Translations under genes and position numbers: made by a program
NCBI GenBank assembly: GCA_027340875.1
Contig: DAIENX010000008.1
Span: forward strand, 44,284 to 108,283
Source of the DNA: Elusimicrobiota bacterium
Lineage (GTDB): Bacteria; Elusimicrobiota; Elusimicrobia; Elusimicrobiales; UBA9959
Length of the DNA stretch: 64,000 nucleotides
Direction: 5' to 3'
The notes under the pieces: model-generated
The model's input: only the letters and a program-made list of their open reading frames with translations
Databases searched by the model: none
Told to the model about the DNA's origin: nothing
Part shown: positions 19,683 to 28,883 of the stretch, one piece after another
Numbering within the stretch: position 1 is the first letter of the stretch
How the letters are laid out: each line of letters begins with the position of its first letter

Positions 19683-22063
19683 ACGACAAGCTTTCCTGTT
19701 TCAATTCCCTCAAGGCCGGTGAGCTGGCGGCGATGGACAAGGCCGCCGGCTGGTCCCTCAACGGCATGGAGCTGGCCGAGGCGCAGAGCCAGTTCAGGCA
19801 GATGGGGCGCCAGCCCACCCGCGGCGAGCTCGAGACCATAGCCCAGACCTGGTCCGAGCACTGCAAGCACAAGACCTTCTCGGGCCCCGTAGCTTTCCGC
19901 GACGGGAAGAAGGTGCGGAAGTACCGCAACCTGTTCAAGGAGACCATCGTAAAGGCCACGAAGACACTGAACAGGAAATGGTGCCTTTCCGTCTTCACCG
20001 ACAACGCCGGCATAGTGGAGTTCGGCAAGAGCGGCAAATGGGGCCTGGCCTTCAAGGCGGAGACCCACAACCACCCGTGCGCGGTGGAACCCTACGGCGG
20101 CGCCGAGACCGGCGTGGGCGGCGTGATACGCGACATACTCGGCGTGGGCCTCGGGGCCAAGCCGGTGCTGAACACGGACACTTTCTGCTTCGGCAGGCTC
20201 GACAGCGATAAGAAGCTCCCGAAGCATGCCCTCTCCGCAGAGCGCGTGATGCGCGGGGTGGTGGAAGGCGTGCGCGATTACGGCAACCGCATCGGCATCC
20301 CTACGGCCGCAGGCGGCCTCTACTTCGACGACGGGTACCTGCTGAACCCTCTGGTCTACGTGGGTTGCGCCGGGCTGATCCCTGTCGACAAGATACATAA
20401 GCGCGTGGTGCCTGGCGACCTGATAGTCTGCATAGGCGGGCGCACCGGCCGCGACGGCATTCACGGCGCTACCTTCTCCTCCGCGAACATCGAGGAGGAG
20501 ACCTCCTCCTCGGCGGTGCAGATAGGACACGCGGTGAACGAGAAGAAGGCGCTCGACGTGCTGATGCGGGCACGCGACCTCGGCCTTTATAACGCCGTCA
20601 CCGACTGCGGCGCCGGGGGCTTCTCCTCCGCCATCGGCGAGCTGGGCTCCGAGACCGGCGCGAGGGTAAGGCTGGAAAAGGCCCTGCTGAAGGACACGCG
20701 CATAGAGCCCTGGGAGATATGGGTCTCCGAGTCGCAGGAGAGGATGATCCTTTCCGTACCGAAGAGGAACCTGAAGAAGCTGGCGGCCATACTCGATTCC
20801 GAGAACTGCGAATACTGCGTGCTGGGCGAGTTCCCCGGGGACGGGCGGCTGCTGGTCACGCACGGCGGGGAGCGGGTGGTGGACCTGCCGATGGCCTTCC
20901 TGCACGGCGGGGTGCCTAATTTCGAGAAGCCGGCCGTGCGGCGGCCCGTGAAGGTGAGCTCGAAACCGCCGGTATCCCCGCGGCAGCCCTGGGGAGCGGT
21001 CCTTAAGGACCTGCTGGCCCACCCCAACGTCTGCTCCAGGCATTCCGTCATAACGCAGTACGACCACGAGGTGCAGGGCGGCACGGTGGGCAAGCCGCTG
21101 CAGGGCCGCTACGGCGACGGTCCCGGCGACGCCGCGGTGATCTGGCCCCAGGCGGCCACCCTGGACCAGCGCGACTTCTGCGGCTTCGCCGTCAGCCACG
21201 GCTTCAGCCCCGCGGTAGGCAGGATAGACCCCTACCAGATGGCGCTGCATTCCATCGACGAGGCCGTGCGCAACCTGCTCTGCGCAGGCGCGGAGATCTC
21301 CCGCACGGCCATCATGGACAACTTCTGCGCGGCCAGCCCGCGCGACCCGCGCGTGATGGGCGACCTCGTGCTGGCGGCCGAAGGCTGCCGCGACGCGGCC
21401 ATAGCCTATGGCGCGCCGTTCATCTCGGGCAAGGACAGCTTCTATAACCAGTCCACCGGCGCCGACGGCAGGGAGTACCAGATACCGATCTCGCTGCTGG
21501 TCTCGGCCACGGCGCCGGTAGACGACGTCAGGGACATACTTACCATCAACTTCAAGGAGCCCGGCAACCCGGTCTACATCGCCGGCTCGGCGCTGAAGGG
21601 CATGGGCGGGTCGGTCTACGCCGAGACCGCGGCCGCCGGCAACAATGCCGTGCCGAAGCTGGACATGAAGGCCGCCGTGAAGCTTTACGCCGCGCTGCTC
21701 CGGGCGATAAAGGCCGGCTGCGTGGCCGCGGCGCACGACGTGTCTCAGGGCGGCCTCGGCGTAACGCTGGCCGAGATGGCCTTCTCCGGCGGCTTCGGAG
21801 CGGAGATAGACCTCTCCGCCGCCCCGCGCGAAAAGGGCCTTACGGCCCTGGAGCTCCTTTTCGGGGAGAGCCCGGCCAGGCTGGTGCTGGAGGTCGTGAA
21901 GGACCGGGAGGCCGAGTTCCTCCGGCTGATGAAAGGCCAGCCCGCCGCGGAGATAGGGCAGGTGACGGAAGAGGGGATGCTTGCCGCCGGAGATGGCGGA
22001 GCGGAGCTTTTCAGAGAGGATATAGTGGCGCTCAAGGCCTGCTGGAAGAGGGAGCTGATATGA
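19679..22063 (+). CDS. purL: FGAM synthase subunit PurL (small form)
   Basis: WSEHCKHK, KAETHNHP, DCGAGG and SESQERM motifs. Confidence 0.96.
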   Translation: MNDKLSCFNSLKAGELAAMDKAAGWSLNGMELAEAQSQFRQMGRQPTRGELETIAQTWSEHCKHKTFSGPVAFRDGKKVRKYRNLFKETIVKATKTLNRKWCLSVFTDNAGIVEFGKSGKWGLAFKAETHNHPCAVEPYGGAETGVGGVIRDILGVGLGAKPVLNTDTFCFGRLDSDKKLPKHALSAERVMRGVVEGVRDYGNRIGIPTAAGGLYFDDGYLLNPLVYVGCAGLIPVDKIHKRVVPGDLIVCIGGRTGRDGIHGATFSSANIEEETSSSAVQIGHAVNEKKALDVLMRARDLGLYNAVTDCGAGGFSSAIGELGSETGARVRLEKALLKDTRIEPWEIWVSESQERMILSVPKRNLKKLAAILDSENCEYCVLGEFPGDGRLLVTHGGERVVDLPMAFLHGGVPNFEKPAVRRPVKVSSKPPVSPRQPWGAVLKDLLAHPNVCSRHSVITQYDHEVQGGTVGKPLQGRYGDGPGDAAVIWPQAATLDQRDFCGFAVSHGFSPAVGRIDPYQMALHSIDEAVRNLLCAGAEISRTAIMDNFCAASPRDPRVMGDLVLAAEGCRDAAIAYGAPFISGKDSFYNQSTGADGREYQIPISLLVSATAPVDDVRDILTINFKEPGNPVYIAGSALKGMGGSVYAETAAAGNNAVPKLDMKAAVKLYAALLRAIKAGCVAAAHDVSQGGLGVTLAEMAFSGGFGAEIDLSAAPREKGLTALELLFGESPARLVLEVVKDREAEFLRLMKGQPAAEIGQVTEEGMLAAGDGGAELFREDIVALKACWKRELI

Positions 22064-22803
22064 AGAGACCCAGGGCTATAATCCTGCGCGGCACGGCTAC
22101 CAACTGCGACATAGAGACCGCCTCCTCGTTCCGCTACGTCGGGGCGGACCCGGAGCTGGTCCATATCAACCAGCTGCTTTCCGGAGAGAAGAAGGTGCTC
22201 GACTACGACCTGATGGCCTTTCCCGGCGGCTTCTCCTACGGGGACGACATCTCGGCGGGGAAGATCTACGCGGTTAAGATGTCCAAGCTTTCCGGGGATT
22301 TCGGGAAGTTCATCCGCGGCGGCCGTCCCGTCATCGGCATCTGCAACGGCTTCCAGATACTGGTGAAGACGGGCTTCCTGCCGGAGAACCCGCGCAACGC
22401 CCAGGTCTCCACGCTTTACACCAACGACTGCGGCCACTTCCTCGCGAAGTGGGTGAAGCTTAAGGTGAACCGAAAGAGCCCGTGCATCTTCACCCGGGGC
22501 CTGCCCGACGAGATAGAGCTGCCTATGGCGCACGGCGAGGGCAAGTTCATAGTCGAGGACAAGGCGGAGCTCGCGCGCATCACGTCCGGCAACCTGCACG
22601 CGCTGACCTACTCGGAGAACCCGAACGGCTCCATGCTCGACATTGCGGGAATTGCCACGCCGTCGGGTACCTGCTTCGGCCTGATGCCCCATCCCGAGCG
22701 AAACTTCTTCTCCTGGCAGAGCCCCGACAGGCCGGCCGCGGCGCGGGAAGCGGAGGCGGCCGGGTTCCATTTCTTCAAGAACGCGGTAGACTACGTGAGG
22801 TAG
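22060..22803 (+). CDS. purQ: FGAM synthase glutaminase subunit
   Basis: PGGFSYGD, GICNGFQ, AHGEG and GLMPHPER motifs. Confidence 0.96.
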   Translation: MKRPRAIILRGTATNCDIETASSFRYVGADPELVHINQLLSGEKKVLDYDLMAFPGGFSYGDDISAGKIYAVKMSKLSGDFGKFIRGGRPVIGICNGFQILVKTGFLPENPRNAQVSTLYTNDCGHFLAKWVKLKVNRKSPCIFTRGLPDEIELPMAHGEGKFIVEDKAELARITSGNLHALTYSENPNGSMLDIAGIATPSGTCFGLMPHPERNFFSWQSPDRPAAAREAEAAGFHFFKNAVDYVR

Positions 22804-22806
22804 AAC

Positions 22807-24189
22807 ATGTGCGGAATATTCGGCATTACCGGTACCAGGGACGCCTCCAGGCTGGCCTACGTCGGGCTCTTCACTCTGCAGCACAGGGGCCAGGAGTCGG
22901 CCGGCATCGTCACCGACGCCGGCGGCAGCCTGATGCAGCATACGGGGATGGGCCTGGTCAACGAGGTCTTCAACAACGAGGCCCTGCAGAGGCTGGAGGG
23001 AACGAGCGCCATAGGGCATATACGCTATTCCACCGCGGGCTCCAGCCATATAACTAACGCCCAGCCGCTGGTGCTCAAGTCCTCGCTCGGCCTGGTGGCC
23101 GTGGCGCATAACGGCAACCTGACCAACGCGGATGAGGTTAAGGCCAGGCTGCAGAAAGGCGGCGCCATCTTCCAGTCGTCGAGCGACAGCGAGGTGATAC
23201 TGCACCTGGCGGCCCGCTACCGCGGCCGCACGCTCGAGGCGACGCTGGCGCAGAACCTGCCGAAGCTGACCGGGGCCTACTCCTTCCTCTTCATGGCGCC
23301 GGGCAAGGTGATAGGCGCCAGGGACCCTTACGGCTACCGGCCGCTGGTGCTCGGCAGGCTCGGGCGCTCCTATATCCTGGCTTCGGAGACCTGCGCTATA
23401 GAAGTCGCCGGGGGCACCGTGGTGCGGGAAATAGAGCCGGGGGAGATGGTGACTATCTCCGGGGGGAAGCTGAAGTCCATACGCTTCGCCAGGCCCAGGA
23501 AGTTCACCCGCTGCATCTTCGAGCAGGTATATTTCGCGAGGCCGGACTCCGTGGTGGCCGGCCGCACCGTGCACAAGGTGCGCTACGAGATAGGCGCCAT
23601 GCTGGCCAGAGAGCTCCGCGGGATAAAGGCGGACATCGTGTCCGGAGTGCCGGATTCCGGCACCGTCTACGCCCTGGGCTTCTCGAAAGAGTCCGGGATC
23701 CCTTACCAGGGCGTCTTCATGCGCAACCACTACACCGGCCGCTCGTTCATACAGCCGGACCAGCGCCTGCGCGAGTTCACCGCCCACCTGAAGCTTTCCC
23801 CTATACGCGACGTGATAAAGGGGAAGACCATCCTCATCATCGACGATTCCATCGTGCGCGGCACCACCTCGCGCAAGATAGTCGCCAACCTCAAGAGGGC
23901 CGGCGCCGGGAAGGTAATAATGGCCTCGGCCTCTCCGCCCATCATCTCGCCGTGCTATTTCGGGATAGACATACCTACGAGGAACGAGCTGATCGCGAGC
24001 CGCCTCAGCGTGGAAAGGGTGCGCCGCTTCATCGGCGCCGACGGCCTGCATTACCTCACGCTGCCCAGCCTCATCGACGTCTGCGGCAACAGGAGCGACT
24101 GCAATTTCTGTGCCTCCTGCTTCTCAGGGAAGTACAATCCCGGAGAGACGTCACGCGCCGGGGCAGGGGCCGGGAGGATGGGCCTGTGA
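22807..24189 (+). CDS. purF: Amidophosphoribosyltransferase
   Basis: N-terminal MCGIFG, QHRGQESAG, DDSIVRGTTS; Fe-S Cys present. Confidence 0.97.
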   Translation: MCGIFGITGTRDASRLAYVGLFTLQHRGQESAGIVTDAGGSLMQHTGMGLVNEVFNNEALQRLEGTSAIGHIRYSTAGSSHITNAQPLVLKSSLGLVAVAHNGNLTNADEVKARLQKGGAIFQSSSDSEVILHLAARYRGRTLEATLAQNLPKLTGAYSFLFMAPGKVIGARDPYGYRPLVLGRLGRSYILASETCAIEVAGGTVVREIEPGEMVTISGGKLKSIRFARPRKFTRCIFEQVYFARPDSVVAGRTVHKVRYEIGAMLARELRGIKADIVSGVPDSGTVYALGFSKESGIPYQGVFMRNHYTGRSFIQPDQRLREFTAHLKLSPIRDVIKGKTILIIDDSIVRGTTSRKIVANLKRAGAGKVIMASASPPIISPCYFGIDIPTRNELIASRLSVERVRRFIGADGLHYLTLPSLIDVCGNRSDCNFCASCFSGKYNPGETSRAGAGAGRMGL

Positions 24190-25436
24190 ACGTGCTGATA
24201 ATCGGCTCCGGAGGCCGCGAGCACGCGCTGGTCTGGAAGATCAAGCAGAGCCCGCTGCTCGGCAGCCTCTACTGCATACCCGGCTCGGCCGCCATCTCGG
24301 AGCTGGCCGAGTGCCCGGAGATAGGCCAGGACGACCACGAAGCCGTGTACGGCTTCTGCGCCGCCAAGAACGTCGGGCTGGTGGTGGTAGGCCCGGAGGC
24401 CCCGCTGGCGAAAGGCCTGGCCGATTACCTGACCGGGAAGGGGATAAAGGTGTTCGGTCCTTCGCGCAAAGGCGCCATGCTCGAGGCCTCCAAGCAGTTC
24501 GCCAAGGAGTTCATGGACCGCAACGATATCCCGACCGCGGGGTTCAAGGTCCTCTACTCGCCGGCGGCGGCCAGGGAGGCCGTCTCAGCGAACAGGAACT
24601 ATCCGGTGGTCATAAAGGCCGACGGTCTCGCCGCCGGCAAGGGCGTGCGCATCTGCGCCGATGAGGCCGAGGCCCTGGCAGCCGTAGAGGACTTCATGGA
24701 GAAGCGTCTTTTCGGCGCCTCCGGGGCCAAGATAGTGATGGAGGACTTCCTCACGGGTCCGGAGGCCTCGGTGATGGCCCTCACCGACGGTGAGAGCGCG
24801 CTGCTGCTGCCGGTCTCGCGCGACCACAAGCGCCTGCTGGACGGCAACGCCGGCCCCAATACCGGGGGGATGGGCGCGGTCTGCCCGGTCCAGCTGAGCG
24901 AGGCGGAGGAGCGGGCGGTGACCTCCGAGGTCATACAGCGCTTTCTCGACGGACTGAAGCGGGAGCGGATCTTCTTCCGCGGCGTGATCTACGCCGGGCT
25001 GATGCTTACGCCTTCGGGCCCCAGGGTGCTGGAATTCAACGTGCGTTTCGGCGACCCGGAGACCCAGGTGCTGATGCCGGCCATCAAGAGCGACCTGCTG
25101 CCTCTGCTGGCCGCCTGCGCCGACGGTAGGCTGGAGGGCAGGGAGCTGGAGCTGACCGGAGGCACCTGCGTCACCGTGGTGGCCGCGGCGGCCGGCTACC
25201 CCGACGCCCCGGAGAAGGGGAGGCCGATAACCGGCCTTTTCGCGCCGGCAGAGGGCGTGCAGATATTCCACGCCGGCACCGCCAGGAAGGACGGCTCCTA
25301 CGTCACGGCCGGGGGGCGGGTCCTCGCCGTCTCGGCCTGCGGCGCCGACCTTGCCGCCGCCAGGGAGAAGGCTTACGCGGCCCTTTCCTCTATAAAGTTC
25401 GAAGGTATGCAGTACCGGAAGGATATAGGTCTTTGA
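24186..25436 (+). CDS. purD: Phosphoribosylamine--glycine ligase
   Basis: GTG start overlapping purF stop; GSGGREHAL, KADGLAAGKGV and EFNVRFGDPE motifs. Confidence 0.96.
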   Translation: MNVLIIGSGGREHALVWKIKQSPLLGSLYCIPGSAAISELAECPEIGQDDHEAVYGFCAAKNVGLVVVGPEAPLAKGLADYLTGKGIKVFGPSRKGAMLEASKQFAKEFMDRNDIPTAGFKVLYSPAAAREAVSANRNYPVVIKADGLAAGKGVRICADEAEALAAVEDFMEKRLFGASGAKIVMEDFLTGPEASVMALTDGESALLLPVSRDHKRLLDGNAGPNTGGMGAVCPVQLSEAEERAVTSEVIQRFLDGLKRERIFFRGVIYAGLMLTPSGPRVLEFNVRFGDPETQVLMPAIKSDLLPLLAACADGRLEGRELELTGGTCVTVVAAAAGYPDAPEKGRPITGLFAPAEGVQIFHAGTARKDGSYVTAGGRVLAVSACGADLAAAREKAYAALSSIKFEGMQYRKDIGL

Positions 25437-25463
25437 TGGCATGTGCCCGAGGAGTCGCTGTAG

Positions 25464-25598
25464 CGCACGGGCTTCGGTGTATAGGTTCTTCGGCACGGGG
25501 TCGCGCACACCGTGCGCGCCCCTCCTCACTCGGCCCTCGCGCTACGCAAGCTCGGGCCTCTGCGAAGGCACTCAGAACCTATACCCCTCGCCCATGCG
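25464..25598. repeat. Dispersed structured repeat, copy B
   Basis: Closing IR GTATAGGTTCT/AGAACCTATAC; core GGCACGGGGTCGCGCACACCGTGCGCGCCCCTCCTCACTCGGCCCTCGCGCTACGCAAGCTCGGGCCTCTGCGAAGG. Confidence 0.85.
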
Positions 25599-25632
25599 AA
25601 CTTGTATGCGGCCGTAAAACTTTGGAGGCTGA

Positions 25633-26601
25633 ATGATCACCTATAAGAAGAGCGGAGTGGACATCAAGCTGGCGGACAAGTTCACGGAATTCCTGCAGAA
25701 GAAGTCGAAGGCCATAGGCGGCTTCGCCGGCCTGATGCCGGTGAAGGAGACCCGCAACGAGTACAGCATAGTCGCTTCCACCGACGGGGTGGGCACGAAG
25801 CTCAAGCTGGCCTTCCTGCTGGACAAGCACGACACCATAGGCATCGACCTGGTGGCCATGTGCGTCAACGACCTGGTCTGCTGCGGCGCGCGGCCGATGC
25901 TCTTCCTCGACTATTACGCCACGGGCAAGCTGGACCTGGCCAGGTCCAAGAAGATCATCGAGGGCATAATGGAGGGCTGCCGGCAGGGGGGATCCGTTCT
26001 GCTCGGCGGCGAGACCGCCGAAATGCCTGGCTTCTACCAGAAGGGCGAGTACGACCTGGCCGGCTTCTCCGTGGGCATAGTGAAGAACTCCGAGGTCCTG
26101 GACGGGCGCAAGGTCCGGGCCGGCGACGCGCTGGTGGGCCTGCCGTCCACAGGCTTCCATTCCAACGGCTTCCCGCTGGTGCGCAAGGTCCTGGACAGCC
26201 GCAAGCTGCTGAAAAAATACGCCAAAACCCTGCTGACCCCGACGAAGATATACGTCAAGGACGTCAACACGCTGCGTGCCGCCCTGCGCCGGGGAGACAT
26301 GGACGTGCTGGCGCTGTCGCATATAACAGGTTCAGGCATACCCGGCAACCTGCCGCGCGTGCTGCCTAAGGGCGTGGGCGCGGTGGTCTTCAAAGATTCC
26401 TGGCGGGTGCCAGCCGTAATGCGGGAGATACAGAAGCTAGGCGGCATACCGGAGAAGGACATGTGGGATTCTTTCAACATGGGCATAGGCATGATAGCCG
26501 TGATGCGGCCCGCGGCGGTAAAGACCGCGCTGAGGACTCTGAAGGGCGCCAGACTTATCGGCGAGGTGGTGAAAGGAAAGAGCGAGGTTGTTCTGAAGTG
26601 A
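25633..26601 (+). CDS. purM: AIR synthetase
   Basis: TDGVGTK, GIDLVAMCVND, GGETAEMP and HITG motifs. Confidence 0.96.
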   Translation: MITYKKSGVDIKLADKFTEFLQKKSKAIGGFAGLMPVKETRNEYSIVASTDGVGTKLKLAFLLDKHDTIGIDLVAMCVNDLVCCGARPMLFLDYYATGKLDLARSKKIIEGIMEGCRQGGSVLLGGETAEMPGFYQKGEYDLAGFSVGIVKNSEVLDGRKVRAGDALVGLPSTGFHSNGFPLVRKVLDSRKLLKKYAKTLLTPTKIYVKDVNTLRAALRRGDMDVLALSHITGSGIPGNLPRVLPKGVGAVVFKDSWRVPAVMREIQKLGGIPEKDMWDSFNMGIGMIAVMRPAAVKTALRTLKGARLIGEVVKGKSEVVLK

Positions 26602-26610
26602 TGTTCAGGG

Positions 26611-26702
26611 GCGCCCGGGGTATCCCACCGAGCGCCCGTTGGGGAGGGGAACCGCGCAACGGTCCCCTGCAGTCCGGGCGAGCGGGGGAATACCCCGGGC
26701 GC
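26611..26702. repeat. Long intergenic nested hairpin between purM and purN-purH
   Basis: GCGCCCGGGGTAT/ATACCCCGGGCGC outer stem; inner CGCCCG/CGGGCG and GGGGAACCG/CGGTCCCC stems. Confidence 0.7.
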
Positions 26703-26722
26703 ACAGAGTATCAGGAGACGCA

Positions 26723-28882
26723 ATGAAAAATATCGTCGTATTCGCATCCGGCGGCGGCACCAACCTGCAGGCCCTTATCGACGCGGCAGCCGGGAGCAGG
26801 CTGGACGGCAGGATAGTGCTGGTGATATCCAGCAGGAAGGACGCGGTGGCCCTCGAAAGGGCAAGGAAGGCCGGCATCCCCTGCGAGGCAGTTTCCCCCA
26901 AGGATTTCGCTGAGAACAATTTCGACAGATATCTCGCCGACGCCTGCAGGGCGCACAAGGCCGAGCTGGTCTGCCTGGCCGGCTACATGCTGAAGCTGGG
27001 CCCGGAGATGCTGAAGGAATACAAAGGCCGCATACTGAACGTGCATCCGGCCCTGCTTCCCTCGTTCGGCGGCAAGGGCTACTACGGCATGAAGGTGCAC
27101 GAGGCGGTGCTGGAGGCGGGCGCCAAGGTGAGCGGGCCCACCGTGCATTTCGTCGACGAGAATTACGACCGGGGGCCCATAGTCATGCAGCAGCCGGTGC
27201 CGGTGCTCCCCGGCGATACCCCCGAGACGCTGGCGGCCAGGGTTAACGCCGCCGAACTGGCCATCTACCCGAAAGCCGCGGCCCTTTTCTGCGCAGGCAG
27301 GCTGTCCATCAAGGACGGCCGCGTCGAGATAGCCGGGCCCGGGCCTGAAACGGGAAAGGTCCGCAGGGCGCTGCTGTCCGTCTCCGATAAGACCGGTCTT
27401 CTGGACTTCGCCCGCGGTCTGGTGAAAGAGGGCGTGGAGCTGGTGTCGACTTCCGGCACCTATAAGATGCTGAAGGACGGCGGCGTGCCTGTGCGGGCCC
27501 TGGAGACCATGACCGGCTTCCCGGAGATGCTGGACGGCCGCGTGAAGACGCTGCACCCCATGGTGCACGGCGGCATACTTTACCGGCGCGACAATCCGGA
27601 GCACTCGGATACCGTTTTCAGGTTCGGCATTGAGCCGCTGGACATGGTGGTGGTGAACCTCTACCCGTTCGCCGAGACGGCCAAGAAGGCCGCTCCGTGG
27701 TCAGACGAACTGATAGAGAACATCGACATAGGCGGCGTGGCCCTGCTGCGGGCCGCGGCCAAGAACTGGCAGTCCGTGGCCGTGCTGACCAGCCCGGCGG
27801 ACTACGCGCCGGTGCTGGCCGCGCTGGCGGAGGGGAAAGGCGCGCTGCCCGAAACCCTGAAGAAGGAACTGTCGGTCAGGGCCTTCGCCCACACGGCGGC
27901 CTACGACGGGGAGATAAGCCGTGCGCTGACCCCGGCGGCCGGATTCCCTGACAGGCTGGAGATAAGGCTGAAGAAAATCCATGACCTGCGCTACGGCGAG
28001 AACCCGCACCAGGCCTGCGCGCTCTACACCCGCGGCGAGAGGCCGCCGTTCGCCCAGCTGCAGGGCAAGGAGCTGTCCTTCAACAATATCCTGGACGCCT
28101 ACGGCACGTATCAGGCGGTGCAGGACTTCGAGAAGCCCGCCTGCGTCATCTTCAAGCACGTGACGCCCTGCGGCCTCGGCACCGGCTCTGACGTGGCCGA
28201 GGCCTTCGAACGCGCCTGGCGCACCGACCCGCTGTCGGCCTTCGGCGGCATCATAGCCGTCAACCGGAAGCTGGACGGCCGGATAGCCGACTTCCTGGCG
28301 AAGAAGTTCGTGGAGGTCATCTGCGCCCCGGATTACGACGAGAAAACGCTGGAGGTGTTCTCGAAGAAGGCCAACCTGCGCCTGCTTAAGTGGGACGCTT
28401 TCCCTAAGGGACACCGCGTGCTGCGCTCGGTGGGCGAGGAAGTGCTGGTCAGCGGCGACGACGACAGGCTGCTGGGCGATAAATGGGAGGTCCCTACGAA
28501 GCGCAAGCCCACGCCGCAGGAAGAGGAGGCGCTCCGCTTCGCCTGGGCGGCCGCCAAGTACGTGCGTTCCAACGCCATAGTCCTGGCCGATCCCTGCCAG
28601 ACCGTCGGCATAGGAGCCGGGCAGATGTCGCGGGTGGACTCGGTCTTCATGGCCGGCCACAAGCTGGAGGCTTTTTTGAAGGACAACCCCAGGCCGGGGA
28701 CGCTGGTGATGGCGTCGGACGCCTTCTTCCCGTTCCCCGACGCGCTAGAGGAGGGGGCGAGGCTCGGCGCCACCGCGGTAGTGCAGCCGGGCGGCTCGGT
28801 GAAGGACAAGGAAGTCATAGAGGCGGCGGACCGCCTGGGCGTGGCGATGGTGCTGACCGGCATGCGCCATTTCCGGCACTAG
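26723..28882 (+). CDS. purH: Fused PurN-PurH: GAR transformylase + IMP cyclohydrolase/AICAR transformylase
   Basis: N-terminal SGGGTNLQA...NVHPALLPSFGG (PurN) is in frame with RALLSVSDK, GRVKTLHP, YGENPHQ, SDAFFPF and RHFRH (PurH). Confidence 0.95.
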   Translation: MKNIVVFASGGGTNLQALIDAAAGSRLDGRIVLVISSRKDAVALERARKAGIPCEAVSPKDFAENNFDRYLADACRAHKAELVCLAGYMLKLGPEMLKEYKGRILNVHPALLPSFGGKGYYGMKVHEAVLEAGAKVSGPTVHFVDENYDRGPIVMQQPVPVLPGDTPETLAARVNAAELAIYPKAAALFCAGRLSIKDGRVEIAGPGPETGKVRRALLSVSDKTGLLDFARGLVKEGVELVSTSGTYKMLKDGGVPVRALETMTGFPEMLDGRVKTLHPMVHGGILYRRDNPEHSDTVFRFGIEPLDMVVVNLYPFAETAKKAAPWSDELIENIDIGGVALLRAAAKNWQSVAVLTSPADYAPVLAALAEGKGALPETLKKELSVRAFAHTAAYDGEISRALTPAAGFPDRLEIRLKKIHDLRYGENPHQACALYTRGERPPFAQLQGKELSFNNILDAYGTYQAVQDFEKPACVIFKHVTPCGLGTGSDVAEAFERAWRTDPLSAFGGIIAVNRKLDGRIADFLAKKFVEVICAPDYDEKTLEVFSKKANLRLLKWDAFPKGHRVLRSVGEEVLVSGDDDRLLGDKWEVPTKRKPTPQEEEALRFAWAAAKYVRSNAIVLADPCQTVGIGAGQMSRVDSVFMAGHKLEAFLKDNPRPGTLVMASDAFFPFPDALEEGARLGATAVVQPGGSVKDKEVIEAADRLGVAMVLTGMRHFRH

Positions 28883-28883
28883 G

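Noticed and set aside
15053..24051. Very long antisense ORFs (15053-17248 +, 19586-21736 -, 21745-24051 -; also 8966-10672 -)
   Set aside because: Shadow frames opposite well-supported genes, expected from high GC3; no recognisable motifs.
26602..26722. ZMP/ZTP riboswitch upstream of purN-purH
   Set aside because: Lacks the GACTGGCG and CGCCTGGGC consensus segments.
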